In this document: positions 29,822 to 39,983 of the stretch, piece after piece
Position numbering within the stretch: the first letter of the stretch is position 1
Layout: the number at the start of each line of letters is the position of its first letter
Assembly: GCA_964649175.1 (NCBI GenBank)
Contig: CAZYPA010000001.1
Span: 4,420-68,419 of the forward strand
DNA from: an uncultured Leptospirales bacterium
GTDB lineage: Bacteria > Spirochaetota > UBA4802 > UBA5550
Direction: 5' to 3'
DNA: 64,000 bases
Position numbers and translations under genes: made by a program
The notes under the pieces: generated by a model
Seen by the model: only the letters and a program-made list of their open reading frames with translations
Database searches by the model: none
What the model was told of the DNA's origin: nothing

Positions 29822-31144
29822 TCAACCTGCAATGATTGAAACATAGCGGTCAATGCTCTCTTTGCTGTTCATTTCTGTTACACATATAAGCAGGCCTTTC
29901 TCAAGCTCTGGATAATATTTTTGAATTTCAATACCTGCAATTATTCCTGAATTTTTAAGTCTGGTGTATACTTCCTTTGCATCAGGAATTTTTATAACAA
30001 ACTCATTAAAAAAAGGTTTATTAAAAAGCCTTTCTATTCCTTTTTCTTTAAGTCTGTTTTCCATGTATCTGGCCATTTTATGATTTAGCTGAGCAATTTC
30101 CTTCACCTTGTTTCCCATAAGGCTAAGGTAAACAGCACTTCTTAAAGCTACAAGACCCTGGTTAGTGCATATATTGGATGTGGCCTTTTCTCTTCTTATA
30201 TGTTGCTCCCTTGTTTGAAGTGTAAGTGCAAAAGCCATTTCCCCATCTGCATCCTGCGTTTTCCCAACAAGACGGCCTGGCATTTTACGGGCAAACCTGT
30301 TTTTAGCAGAAATATATCCAACAAAGGGCCCTCCGCAGTTCAGGTAATTTCCAAAGCTTTGGGATTCCCCACATACAATATCAGCTCCACATTGCCCTGG
30401 AGGCTTTAAAAGAGCAAGGCTCATTGCCTCTGTTATTACTGTAATTAAATTTGTTTTATTTCCATCAGTTAATTCTGAAAATTCAGCAACATCTTCAATG
30501 CATCCAAAAAAGTTAGGGCTTTGAATTACAACAGCTCCTGTCTTTTCATTCATCATTTTTTTCAGCAATGCAGAGTCTGTTATCCCATCTTTGCATTCTA
30601 TATATATAATGTTAAATCCGCCTGACCAGGCATATGTTTCAAGCACTTCTTTATAAAATGGATTAATAGCATTGCTTACAAGAATATCTTTCAGCCCATT
30701 ATCGCGGATTGACATAATAGCAGATTCAGCAAGTGCTGTGGCACCATCATACATGCTTGCATTGGTTATATCCAGGCCTGTGAGCCTGCTCATCATTGTC
30801 TGGAACTCAAACATAACAGCAAGGGTGCCCTGGCTAACCTCAGGCTGGTATGGAGTATAGGCAGTATAAAACTCTGATCTTGATGCTATTTCATCCACAA
30901 CTGCTGGTATATAGTGATTGTAAGCGCCTGCTCCAATAAAAGATTCATTATAAGTGCAGTTCTTTTTTTCTATATTTTCAATTATACGGGAGATTTCAAT
31001 TTCAGAAGCTGCAGATGGGAGCCCGGATAATTCACGGATTTTTATTGAATCTGGAATATCTTTAAATAATTCATCAATAGAGCTGATCCCTATTTCAGAA
31101 AACATTTTTTTTCTGTCATCATCTGTCAGGCTTATAAAGCTCAT
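29822..31144 (-). CDS. gcvPA: glycine dehydrogenase (decarboxylating) subunit 1, GcvPA
   Basis: 440 aa, P-protein N-terminal half (…YTPYQPE(V/I)SQG…). Confidence 0.9.
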   Translation of the reverse strand: MSFISLTDDDRKKMFSEIGISSIDELFKDIPDSIKIRELSGLPSAASEIEISRIIENIEKKNCTYNESFIGAGAYNHYIPAVVDEIASRSEFYTAYTPYQPEVSQGTLAVMFEFQTMMSRLTGLDITNASMYDGATALAESAIMSIRDNGLKDILVSNAINPFYKEVLETYAWSGGFNIIYIECKDGITDSALLKKMMNEKTGAVVIQSPNFFGCIEDVAEFSELTDGNKTNLITVITEAMSLALLKPPGQCGADIVCGESQSFGNYLNCGGPFVGYISAKNRFARKMPGRLVGKTQDADGEMAFALTLQTREQHIRREKATSNICTNQGLVALRSAVYLSLMGNKVKEIAQLNHKMARYMENRLKEKGIERLFNKPFFNEFVIKIPDAKEVYTRLKNSGIIAGIEIQKYYPELEKGLLICVTEMNSKESIDRYVSIIAG

Positions 31145-31146
31145 AA

Positions 31147-31563
31147 TCAGGCCTCTGCTTTTATGTAATCCATGTATTGGTCTGCGTTCATAAGAGAGTC
31201 AAAGTCTCCCATATTTTTAATTTTTATTTTGAAAATCCATCCCTCTCCGTAGGGGTCTTTGTTGATCATTTCAGGCGAGTCTTCCAGGTCCCTGTTAATA
31301 TCTGTAACAGTACCAGCAACCGGTGAATAAATATCAGAAGCTGCTTTGGGAGATTCAACTATTGCAACTGTATCTTTTTTTTCTATTTCAGCATTTAAAA
31401 TGCTATCCATAAATTCAACAAATACTATATCTCCCAGATTGTGCTGAGCATGATCTGTTATACCGCAAAGGCCAGTATTATCATCATTAAGCATAATCCA
31501 TTCGTGATCCTCAGAATACTTTAATTCTGATGGTACCTTTGTCCCTTTTTCTGTGTCTCCCAT
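31147..31563 (-). CDS. gcvH: glycine cleavage system H protein (lipoyl carrier)
   Basis: 138 aa. Lipoyl-lysine motif …ESPKAASDIYSPV… (ESVKA-type). Confidence 0.9.
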   Translation of the reverse strand: MGDTEKGTKVPSELKYSEDHEWIMLNDDNTGLCGITDHAQHNLGDIVFVEFMDSILNAEIEKKDTVAIVESPKAASDIYSPVAGTVTDINRDLEDSPEMINKDPYGEGWIFKIKIKNMGDFDSLMNADQYMDYIKAEA

Positions 31564-31601
31564 TGTGAGCCTCCATGAATAATAGTTGTTTATTTTTAAA
31601 G

Positions 31602-32693
31602 TTAATCCTGGCTGTTAAATTGATAAAAAGGGCGTTTTACAACGATTCCTTGAACAGGTTTATCCCTTATTATTATTTCTACACTATCCCCTACATAAAC
31701 TTTTTCCTTTTCTACAAGAGCAAGGGCTATTCCCTTTCTTAATGTTGGAGAATAGGCACCGCTTGTTATACTTCCGATTATTTCCCCGCCTATCTGTACA
31801 TCGCAGTTTTCCCTGGGAATTCCTCTTTCTGTCATTTCAATGCAAACCTGTTTTCTTAAAGCACCCTTTGCTTTTAAGTCTGCAAGCGATTTTTTCCCGA
31901 CATAGTCAGCATCTGAACTTATGAGCCATGATAACCCGGATTCAAGAAGGTTTATGTCCTCATTAATTTCATGGCCATAAAGGGAATAACAGGCTTCAAG
32001 CCTTAAGGTATCCCTTGCACCAAGGCCTGCTGGCTTAATCCCATATTTCTCCCCTTTTTCAAGACAGATATTCCAGAGCTTTTCAGCAGAACTATTGTCA
32101 ATATACAGTTCATATCCTGGTCCACCTGTATAACCTGTATTGGAAATCATTATTTCAGTTCCATTAAATATGTCATAATAAAAATAAAACCTGGGGAGAT
32201 TATCAAGCCTGTCAGAAGAAAAAATTTCCTTTAATATGTTTTTTGATTCAGGTCCCTGAATATCTATTTTGGCTGTAGAGTCAGAAAGATTTGTCACTTC
32301 AACACCTTCAATAAGATGGCTCCTTAACCATTCATAATCCTTGTCTTTTGTACCTGCATTTACAACAAGATAATAATTATTTTGATCTATCATAAATATA
32401 AAAAGATCGTCAACCACTGTTCCTGCTTCATTACAAAAGCAGGTGTATGTCCCCTTCCCTTTTTCAAATTTATTTGTGCTGGTTGGAATCAGTAATTTTA
32501 AATACTCTTCTGCATTAGTACCTTTTACCAGAAATTCCCCCATATGTGATACGTCAAATAATCCGGCTCTGGTTCTCACTGCTTCATGCTCTTCAAGAAT
32601 TGAAGTGTATTGAATGGGCATATCATAACCGGCAAATTCTGTAATCTTGGCACCAAGTTTCAGGTGAGTATTGTAAAGGGGTGTCCTTTTCAT
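31602..32693 (-). CDS. gcvT: aminomethyltransferase GcvT (T-protein)
   Basis: 363 aa. N-terminal TPLY…H…GAK…F.GY.MP signature. Confidence 0.9.
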   Translation of the reverse strand: MKRTPLYNTHLKLGAKITEFAGYDMPIQYTSILEEHEAVRTRAGLFDVSHMGEFLVKGTNAEEYLKLLIPTSTNKFEKGKGTYTCFCNEAGTVVDDLFIFMIDQNNYYLVVNAGTKDKDYEWLRSHLIEGVEVTNLSDSTAKIDIQGPESKNILKEIFSSDRLDNLPRFYFYYDIFNGTEIMISNTGYTGGPGYELYIDNSSAEKLWNICLEKGEKYGIKPAGLGARDTLRLEACYSLYGHEINEDINLLESGLSWLISSDADYVGKKSLADLKAKGALRKQVCIEMTERGIPRENCDVQIGGEIIGSITSGAYSPTLRKGIALALVEKEKVYVGDSVEIIIRDKPVQGIVVKRPFYQFNSQD

Positions 32694-34024
32694 TATTTTT
32701 TCATTCTCCTTAACCCAAAATCTATTGCACGCAAAAGAGGGTCATAGACTTCACTAACAGCAGGACAGTAAGCAAGCTCTGTTCTCCCAAGCTCTTCTAT
32801 TGATATATTAAATTCAATTGCTGTGCTTATTATATTTATTCTTTCAGCAGCACCTTTTTCACCAATTGCCTGGCCTCCAAGAATTTTGCCCGTGTTGCCA
32901 TCAAAAATAATTTTTATTGTAATCTGCGGATTATTTGGGAAATATTCAGGTAGAATATGAGCTGTGATTTTCCCTGATACTGGTTTGTATCCTTTTTTTA
33001 CAGCAACTTCAGAGGTAAATCCAGTACCAGCAATTTCAAGAGGTCCTATTTTAGTAACAAAAGTACCAGCACTACCCTTGTAGTCTGTTTCTTTTCCCAT
33101 CATATTCATTGCTGCAACAGTCCCCTGTTTATAGGCAGATGTAGCCAGCTTACCCTTTGATGGAGTCCCATCAATTATCCACCATCCTGAAATACAGTCC
33201 CCTGCTGCATATATATCTTTTTCCGAGGTTTCCAGGAAGCGGTTAACAACAATGCCCTGCTCTTCTGTTTTAATTCCTGAATCTTTTATAGCTGCTATAT
33301 TTGGACCAAATCCTGAAGCAAGCACACCTAGGTCTGCTTCAATTTCGCAGCTGTCACAGGTAACAGAAGAGAGTTCATTTTCTCCATTGAATCTGCGTGC
33401 ACCGCTTCCTTTTACAAGCCTGATTTCATGTGAAGCAAGGAAAGTCTCAACAATTGCAGACATATCAGGATCAAGTGTATTAAAAAGAATCTGATTTTGC
33501 ATTTCAATAATTGTCACTTCTTTTATCTGTGCTTTTAAGGCAAATGCTGTTTCAAGTCCTATTGCACCTGCTCCAATTACAACAGCTTTTGATGAACTTT
33601 TAAGCCTGGAGGATATTTTTTCAAGGTCATTAATCCCTGCAAGGGTAAAAAGTGATTTGTTAATATGCTTTTCCAGATTTTCAACAGGAGGCATAAGGGC
33701 TTTATATCCTGTGGATATCAGGAGCTTGTCGTATTTTATTTCTTCAACTCCTGTATCAGTATTAATTTTTATGGTTTTGTTTATAGGTGAGATAGCAGTA
33801 CACTTCCCTATTTTTTTTACAATGCCCATTCTGGGAAGGTCAATGTTCTGGGCTAAAGATTCCTTTCCCACAACTCCTTCAAGTGCATAAGGGAGTCCAC
33901 ATGGATGAACAAGGTCGCTTTTTTTAGGATCAACAACAGTTATTTGAGCCTTAGGATTTAGCCTTTTCAATGTCATCATTGCTGAATAGCCAGCAGAGCC
34001 AAAACCACATATTACTAATTGCAT
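32693..34024 (-). CDS. FAD-dependent pyridine nucleotide-disulfide oxidoreductase, NADH oxidase/CoA-disulfide-reductase type (single active Cys)
   Basis: 443 aa. N-terminal FAD GxGxxG (ICGFGSAGYS) and the single redox Cys in the HPCGLPY context (Nox/CoADR SxxxCGLPY-type). A second NAD(P) Rossmann follows (VVIGAGAIGLE). There is no CxxxxC Lpd motif. It overlaps the gcvT start. Confidence 0.7.
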   Translation of the reverse strand: MQLVICGFGSAGYSAMMTLKRLNPKAQITVVDPKKSDLVHPCGLPYALEGVVGKESLAQNIDLPRMGIVKKIGKCTAISPINKTIKINTDTGVEEIKYDKLLISTGYKALMPPVENLEKHINKSLFTLAGINDLEKISSRLKSSSKAVVIGAGAIGLETAFALKAQIKEVTIIEMQNQILFNTLDPDMSAIVETFLASHEIRLVKGSGARRFNGENELSSVTCDSCEIEADLGVLASGFGPNIAAIKDSGIKTEEQGIVVNRFLETSEKDIYAAGDCISGWWIIDGTPSKGKLATSAYKQGTVAAMNMMGKETDYKGSAGTFVTKIGPLEIAGTGFTSEVAVKKGYKPVSGKITAHILPEYFPNNPQITIKIIFDGNTGKILGGQAIGEKGAAERINIISTAIEFNISIEELGRTELAYCPAVSEVYDPLLRAIDFGLRRMKK

Positions 34025-34044
34025 TGTTTCCTCATAGGTATTTG

Positions 34045-36867
34045 TTAATAATTAAAATAATGCCATAAATTTTCTGCTTCAATCTTAAATTTGCCTCTTA
34101 AAGACTCACTGATTATTTCATTGAGAAACTGTTTTGAAAGGGAATAATTTTTGCTTTCATTATATATAACAGCAAGGTTTAACTTTGATTTTTGCACAAA
34201 TTCGCTTCTGCTGTTTTCATCCTCAATTGCACGGTTAAAAAATCGGATTGCAGTGTTGCGGTTTTTGTAGAAAAGAAGCCCTATCATCCCAAGGTAATAG
34301 CTTGATTCACTTTTATATACATTATCACTGGTGGAAAGTTTGCTAAAATGGGTGTATGCTTTATTAAAATTCCCAGTGTCATAGGCAAGTTTTCCAGAGA
34401 GATATTCAACAAGGTTATTGTTATCTTTATTTTTTTCTAAAAGGGATGTATAAAAATTAAAGAGCTTTAAGTCTTTAGAATTGTAGTAATAAAGAATATT
34501 GAGCTTAATTACATCTTCTCTGTATTTGCTTTTTTTAACCTCCCCTATTCTTTTTAAAGAAACTTCTGCCCCGGATTTTTCATTGCCGCTTAAAAAAAGA
34601 TTAACTATAAGAAGGCTATACTTGTCTGCAAAAAATGAAGCATCTTCAATCTGATTAAGATATTTATCTGATTCTGTAAAATTGCTGTTGTCACGTAAAA
34701 TTACTGCTAATGAAATTCTCGATCTGTTTTTAACATCAATTGAAGTATCTGAGTTAAGGGTCTCAATAAACAATTGTTCTGCTTTTGGATAATTGTTCTG
34801 TTCTTTATAGTGATTGCCCAGAAGTTCAAGGGATTTACCATAAACTGCACTTCTGTCTTTAATCTTGTTAGCAAGAGCTTCAGCATTTATAATATCACCT
34901 GTTTTAATTGTACTGTCTATAAACATGTATGCATCATCATCTGGAAATGGGACAATATTTTCCCATTTAAGTACCCTGTAAACATCTGAATACTTCTCCA
35001 TTTTGTAATAGCTTCTAGCATGAATAAGGGGAATCTCTTTCCACTGTGTTTCATCAAGGGGTGGAATTTTGTTTTTCCCGATAATTTCTGTGACCTTTTC
35101 AAAATTAGAAATATTATAGTATGATTTTATCAGATTGAAAAAGGCTAAACCCCTGTTTTTAGCTACATTGCTGTTTAAAAATTTTTCATAAAAGGGTATT
35201 GCCTTTGAATAGTTTCCTGAAACAAATGCTTCATTGCCATAATGAAGAGTGACAAGCATTGAATATTCGGAGTCAGGGAACCGGTTTAAAATTATTGAGA
35301 AGTATGATTTTGCTGCTGCCGGGTTTTTTTCATTCAATTTTAAGGCAAAATTATAAATGGCTTCATCAACATTTTTATATGTAATATATTGATTGATAAG
35401 GGTTTTAACCTGTTTCTCAGCTGCTACAGTATCCCCGGTTGACATGTGTATTTCAATTAAAAGAAGAATAGCTTCATATCTGTTAACTACTTCGTCGTTT
35501 CTGTATAGATATTTATTAAGATGATTTATTGCTTCAGGGAATTTGTTTTTTTTAAAATTTACCAGGCCAAGGTAATAATCAGATTCATTTAAAAACTTTG
35601 AAAAGGGGTTGTCCTTCTTTATAGATTCAAAAATTTCTATAGCCTTGTCTGTGTCACCCTTATCAAGTAATATCCTTGCTCTGTAAAAATTTACTTCATC
35701 AATATTAATGTCATAGGGGAAAAGCCTGGCATATTGATTTAAAAGCACTTCTGCCTCATTGTTCCTTCCTGCCTTAATGTATGCCTTGCTTAAAAGAATA
35801 TATAATTCTTTTTTAGATTCTTCATTTTCGGTTTTTATAAATTTTTCAGTATAAAGAATAGCCCTCTCAGGATCTTTCTCTATTAGATTGTGTGCAAGAA
35901 TAATTCCGCTTTTAATAGTCAGTTCATCTTTGTCCGACTCTTCCCATACTTTAACAAGCAGTTCAAGACCATTGTCAATTTTATTTGTTTCAAGGAGGAG
36001 CTGTCCCAGTTCAAAAACCCCATCATAGTAGTATGGCGACTTTTTACCTATCATATAAAAAAGCTCCAGATCTGCTTTTGCAGAGGCAATTCTTTCAAGC
36101 TTCAGATATGAGAGTGCGCGAAAATAGTACATATCATAATAGGGATAGGTGTTTGCAATATCTCTTGGTATGGCATTAAAAGTAGTAAGGGCCTGACTAT
36201 GCTCATCCTGGTGCTGGAATATCTGCCCCAGTGTTATTCTTATTTCTGTTTTACTTTTTGAATCAATTCTTGATGTAATTAAAGGGTAAAGCCTCTCATG
36301 AGCTTTATCATATTCACCATTGGCAAAGAATGCCTGTCCAATTTTCAATATAAGTGCAGCATTTTGGTCCTTGTCTTCACTTTCTTTTATTGCATTTTCC
36401 CACTCAATTACAGCTTCTTCATATCTTTGCTGGTTAAAATAAATTGTTCCAATGCGGTCATGGGCATTTACAATAAGGAGCGTATCCTTTGATTTCTCAA
36501 GAAATCTTTTATATTCTTCTATGGCTTTAAGGTTTTGCTTAAGATTAAAGTAGGATTCTCCCATCCAGAATCTGGATTCAATTCTAAGGGCTTCTGTGCG
36601 GCATTTTGTTAAAAAAGTATTAAATTCAAATAGAGCCGGGCTGTATTTGCCCTGCTGAAAAATTGAACGGGCAAGATAAAACCAGGCTTTGTCTCTGTTC
36701 TCATCGTTAAATTCAACTGTGCGTCTGAAAAGAAGTTCAGCTGAAGAATAATTACCAGCTCTGAATGCTTCAAGGCCCTGATTAAGCATTACCTTTGAAT
36801 CAAAAGCCGCAAAAATAGAAACAGAGATAAAAAGTAAAAAAAGTGTATAGGCTAATTTCTTTCTCAT
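34045..36867 (-). CDS. large tetratricopeptide-repeat (TPR) protein with signal peptide
   Basis: 940 aa with an N-terminal signal-like segment. TPR-like 34-residue helical repeats recur throughout (…AWFYLARSIFQQGKY…, …YNFALKL…). Confidence 0.65.
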   Translation of the reverse strand: MRKKLAYTLFLLFISVSIFAAFDSKVMLNQGLEAFRAGNYSSAELLFRRTVEFNDENRDKAWFYLARSIFQQGKYSPALFEFNTFLTKCRTEALRIESRFWMGESYFNLKQNLKAIEEYKRFLEKSKDTLLIVNAHDRIGTIYFNQQRYEEAVIEWENAIKESEDKDQNAALILKIGQAFFANGEYDKAHERLYPLITSRIDSKSKTEIRITLGQIFQHQDEHSQALTTFNAIPRDIANTYPYYDMYYFRALSYLKLERIASAKADLELFYMIGKKSPYYYDGVFELGQLLLETNKIDNGLELLVKVWEESDKDELTIKSGIILAHNLIEKDPERAILYTEKFIKTENEESKKELYILLSKAYIKAGRNNEAEVLLNQYARLFPYDINIDEVNFYRARILLDKGDTDKAIEIFESIKKDNPFSKFLNESDYYLGLVNFKKNKFPEAINHLNKYLYRNDEVVNRYEAILLLIEIHMSTGDTVAAEKQVKTLINQYITYKNVDEAIYNFALKLNEKNPAAAKSYFSIILNRFPDSEYSMLVTLHYGNEAFVSGNYSKAIPFYEKFLNSNVAKNRGLAFFNLIKSYYNISNFEKVTEIIGKNKIPPLDETQWKEIPLIHARSYYKMEKYSDVYRVLKWENIVPFPDDDAYMFIDSTIKTGDIINAEALANKIKDRSAVYGKSLELLGNHYKEQNNYPKAEQLFIETLNSDTSIDVKNRSRISLAVILRDNSNFTESDKYLNQIEDASFFADKYSLLIVNLFLSGNEKSGAEVSLKRIGEVKKSKYREDVIKLNILYYYNSKDLKLFNFYTSLLEKNKDNNNLVEYLSGKLAYDTGNFNKAYTHFSKLSTSDNVYKSESSYYLGMIGLLFYKNRNTAIRFFNRAIEDENSRSEFVQKSKLNLAVIYNESKNYSLSKQFLNEIISESLRGKFKIEAENLWHYFNY

Positions 36868-38096
36868 CTCTGCTCCTTTAGTATTGTGCGTAAATGATTA
36901 ATTGCGTATATTGAAGAATAATTCCTTATCCTGTCTCTGGTGCCATTTATAAAGCGTGTAACAGTATTAATCTGCCCCTTAAAATAAAAGCCGAAACAAA
37001 CTGTACCAACAGGTTTGTCTTTGCTTCCACCACCTGGCCCTGCAATTCCTGTAGTGGAGATAGCAGCTGTTGCTTTAAATTTTTCAGCACAGCCCCTTAC
37101 CATTGCTGCTGCTGTTTCTTCACTAACTGCACCATAGTTCTCTATTATAAAAGGGGCAACACCAAGAAAATTTATTTTGGCTTCATTGCTGTAGGCTGTT
37201 ACAGTCCCATTGTAAACAGACGATGACCCTGGCACATCTGTAATTTTTTTACCTATGAGTCCGCCAGTACAGGATTCAGCAGTTGAAAAAGTATGGCCTT
37301 TTTCCTCTAACAAGCTTATGAGCTCCTCCTCAGGAGTGTTAAATGATGAATCAAGAAGATAATCCTTAAATCCCATTTTTATAGTGGCATCAGCTTCGTC
37401 TTTGTTGACAAAAACTTCACCCTCTCCAATTAAAACGAGGTCGCTTATTCCCTGTTTGGCGCTAATCCCCCAGGTTATATTTTTTGGCAGATTAAGTTCC
37501 AGTATTATTTTGTTTATTTCAGATTCTCTTATCCCACAGATTTTATAAGAAAGGTTCATGCCCCTTGAAAAACCTATGTTCTTTTCCAGATATTCAAGCA
37601 GGGATGTATCAAATATTCCCATCATCTCATCAGGTACTCCAGGAAGAGATACAACAAGCTTGTTGTCAGATGAGATCATGAAACCTGGAGCAAGCCCCTT
37701 TGGATTTCCCAGAGAAATAGAATTTTCTGGAAGGGAAATCATTTTATAATCAGATTCCTTAATGTCTATTTTCATTGATGAAAAAAATTCTTCCATCTTA
37801 TTTTTAGCAACTTCATCATATACAGGAGTTGTATTAAAAATAGAACAAAGGGCCTCTACTGTGTTATCATCATCTGTTGGGCCAAGCCCTCCTGTGACTA
37901 TAACAATATCTGAATAATCAAGGGAGGACAATACTGTTTTTACAATGTCATCCCTGGTATCTCCTACTGTAATATGTTTAATTACCTTAAAGTTTGTGCC
38001 AAAAAAACGGCTGCTTATAAAGGAGCTGTTTGTATCCATAGTTGTTCCCTGGAGCAGCTCCTCACCTGTAGCAATTATTGTAACAGTCTTGATCAT
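36864..38096 (-). CDS. cinA: competence/damage-inducible protein CinA (MocF-like N-domain + CinA_C)
   Basis: 410 aa. N-terminal IIATGEELLQGTTMDTN… (MoaB/MogA-like fold) and C-terminal …TAESCTGGLIG… CinA signature. Confidence 0.85.
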   Translation of the reverse strand: MIKTVTIIATGEELLQGTTMDTNSSFISSRFFGTNFKVIKHITVGDTRDDIVKTVLSSLDYSDIVIVTGGLGPTDDDNTVEALCSIFNTTPVYDEVAKNKMEEFFSSMKIDIKESDYKMISLPENSISLGNPKGLAPGFMISSDNKLVVSLPGVPDEMMGIFDTSLLEYLEKNIGFSRGMNLSYKICGIRESEINKIILELNLPKNITWGISAKQGISDLVLIGEGEVFVNKDEADATIKMGFKDYLLDSSFNTPEEELISLLEEKGHTFSTAESCTGGLIGKKITDVPGSSSVYNGTVTAYSNEAKINFLGVAPFIIENYGAVSEETAAAMVRGCAEKFKATAAISTTGIAGPGGGSKDKPVGTVCFGFYFKGQINTVTRFINGTRDRIRNYSSIYAINHLRTILKEQR

Positions 38097-38099
38097 ATT

Positions 38100-39767
38100 T
38101 TACATAGCTTCCGGTGCTGAAACACCTAGTATTTTTAATCCGTTTTGTATCACAATCCTTGCTGCCTCAGATAAAAGCAAATATGTCCGGGTTGCAAGAA
38201 CATCATCACTCAGTATTCTCTGCTCTGTATAAAACCTGTGATAGGACTGGGCAATTTTCATTAAAAAAGATGCGATTCTATGCGGCTCAAAATTTTCAGC
38301 AGCATCAGAAATCTCTTCAGGAAATTTTACAATCTGCTTCATAAGTGTTACAGCCAAAGGCGTATTTAAAAGTTCAGAAGAAACTGCATCCGGATTATAA
38401 ATTATTCCTCTTTTTTCAGCTTCACGAAAAATAGAGCAGATTCTTGCATGAGCGTACTGAAGATAAAATACCGGATTTTCTGAACTATTTTTTTTTGCAA
38501 GATTAAGGTCAAAGTCCAGGTGGCTCTCCATTGATCTCATAATAAAAAAATACCTGGAAACATCCACTCCAACTTCATCAATAAGCTCGCGCATGGTTGA
38601 AAAATTTCCCAGTCTCTTGGACATTTTAACAGCTTCACCTTCCATAATCAGGTTTACCTGCTGAACTATAAGAACTTTAAATTTTTCTTTGCCATAGCCA
38701 AGTGCCTCTACTGCACCTGAAAGCCTTGCTATATATCCATGATGATCAGGGCCCCAAATATCAATTACTCTGTCATAACCACGTTGAAGCTTGTTATTAT
38801 GATATGCCACATCAGCCAGCAGGTATGTGGGTCTGCCATCATCCCTTATTACTACCCTGTCCTTGTCATCTCCAAAGTCTGTTGATTTAAAAACTTTTTT
38901 ACCATCTTCTTCATATATAAAGTTTTTTGATTCAAGCAGGTTAAATGTTTTTAAAACATCGTTGTTTTCATGCATAGTGCTTTCATGAAACCATTGCTTA
39001 AATATAACATGGAAATCTTCAAGATCCTTTTTTTGAGATTTTACATTATGCTCAATTGCTTTTCGTGCAGCAAACTCTATTGCCTGGGAAGTATTTTCTA
39101 TTGAGTCAAGTTCGCTGCTATAATTTTCATTTATCCATGATGCAATTTCTTTAACATATTCACCATGATATCCATCATCAGGGAAGGAGAAAGCCTCTCC
39201 CCTTATTTCTTTTATTCTTTCAAGAACAGAAATTCCCAGAAGATTAACCTGGTTTCCATAATCATTTACATAAAACTCCCTGTCAACAGTGTCTCCATTT
39301 GCTTCCAGAAGATTTGCTATTGTATCCCCAATTGCAGCAGCACGGGCTGATACAACATTAAGCGGGCCTGTGGGATTGGCTGAAACAAATTCTATATTAT
39401 AATATAATGGAGAAGTCTTTACGCTTTTTCCAAAGCTTGTACCTTCTTTACGTGCCTTGATAATTCCTGAAAAGAGATGCTCAAAGGAAATATAAATATT
39501 TATAAAGCCGGGCTTTACAACATCAACAGACCCTGCTATGTTATTATTTTCTATGTATTTTTTTAAAATTTCTCCTGTTTCCATGGGTGACTTTTTTATA
39601 AGCCTTGCTGATTCAAGAGCAAAGGGGGTTGAATAATCACCAAATTTAGCTTCCTTTGGATACTCTATTTTTATATCCGGATAATCGCAATCAGGGAGTT
39701 CACCAGCTTTTATTGCGGAATTTTTTGCATTTATTAATATATTAAGTAATTCTTCTCTGATGTTCAA
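38100..39767 (-). CDS. argS: arginine--tRNA ligase ArgS
   Basis: 555 aa. Class I aaRS with a HIGH-region variant (ANPTGPLNVVSAR), KMSKR loop (KMSKRLGN), and a C-terminal DALR anticodon-binding domain. Confidence 0.9.
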   Translation of the reverse strand: MNIREELLNILINAKNSAIKAGELPDCDYPDIKIEYPKEAKFGDYSTPFALESARLIKKSPMETGEILKKYIENNNIAGSVDVVKPGFINIYISFEHLFSGIIKARKEGTSFGKSVKTSPLYYNIEFVSANPTGPLNVVSARAAAIGDTIANLLEANGDTVDREFYVNDYGNQVNLLGISVLERIKEIRGEAFSFPDDGYHGEYVKEIASWINENYSSELDSIENTSQAIEFAARKAIEHNVKSQKKDLEDFHVIFKQWFHESTMHENNDVLKTFNLLESKNFIYEEDGKKVFKSTDFGDDKDRVVIRDDGRPTYLLADVAYHNNKLQRGYDRVIDIWGPDHHGYIARLSGAVEALGYGKEKFKVLIVQQVNLIMEGEAVKMSKRLGNFSTMRELIDEVGVDVSRYFFIMRSMESHLDFDLNLAKKNSSENPVFYLQYAHARICSIFREAEKRGIIYNPDAVSSELLNTPLAVTLMKQIVKFPEEISDAAENFEPHRIASFLMKIAQSYHRFYTEQRILSDDVLATRTYLLLSEAARIVIQNGLKILGVSAPEAM

Positions 39768-39983
39768 TCTGACACCTCTTGTGAATTTTCAATCTCAGGG
39801 AAAGCTCACCCCTCTTCTCGATTATTTATATAGGGGGAATTTATACTTAAAAACATAGTTTCTTCCCTTTTTTGTCAATCATATTTATTGAGCAGAATCA
39901 AGGGCTGCATTGGATTGAAAAAGGATTGACTTTTTATGTTTTCTGCTTATAAACAATATAATTGATTCAACAAACCATTATTA

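Noticed and set aside
31564-34044. Glycine riboswitch upstream of gcvT
   Set aside because: gcvT is translationally coupled to the upstream flavoprotein gene, and only about 20 nt precede that gene. No space or tandem aptamer-like sequence is present.
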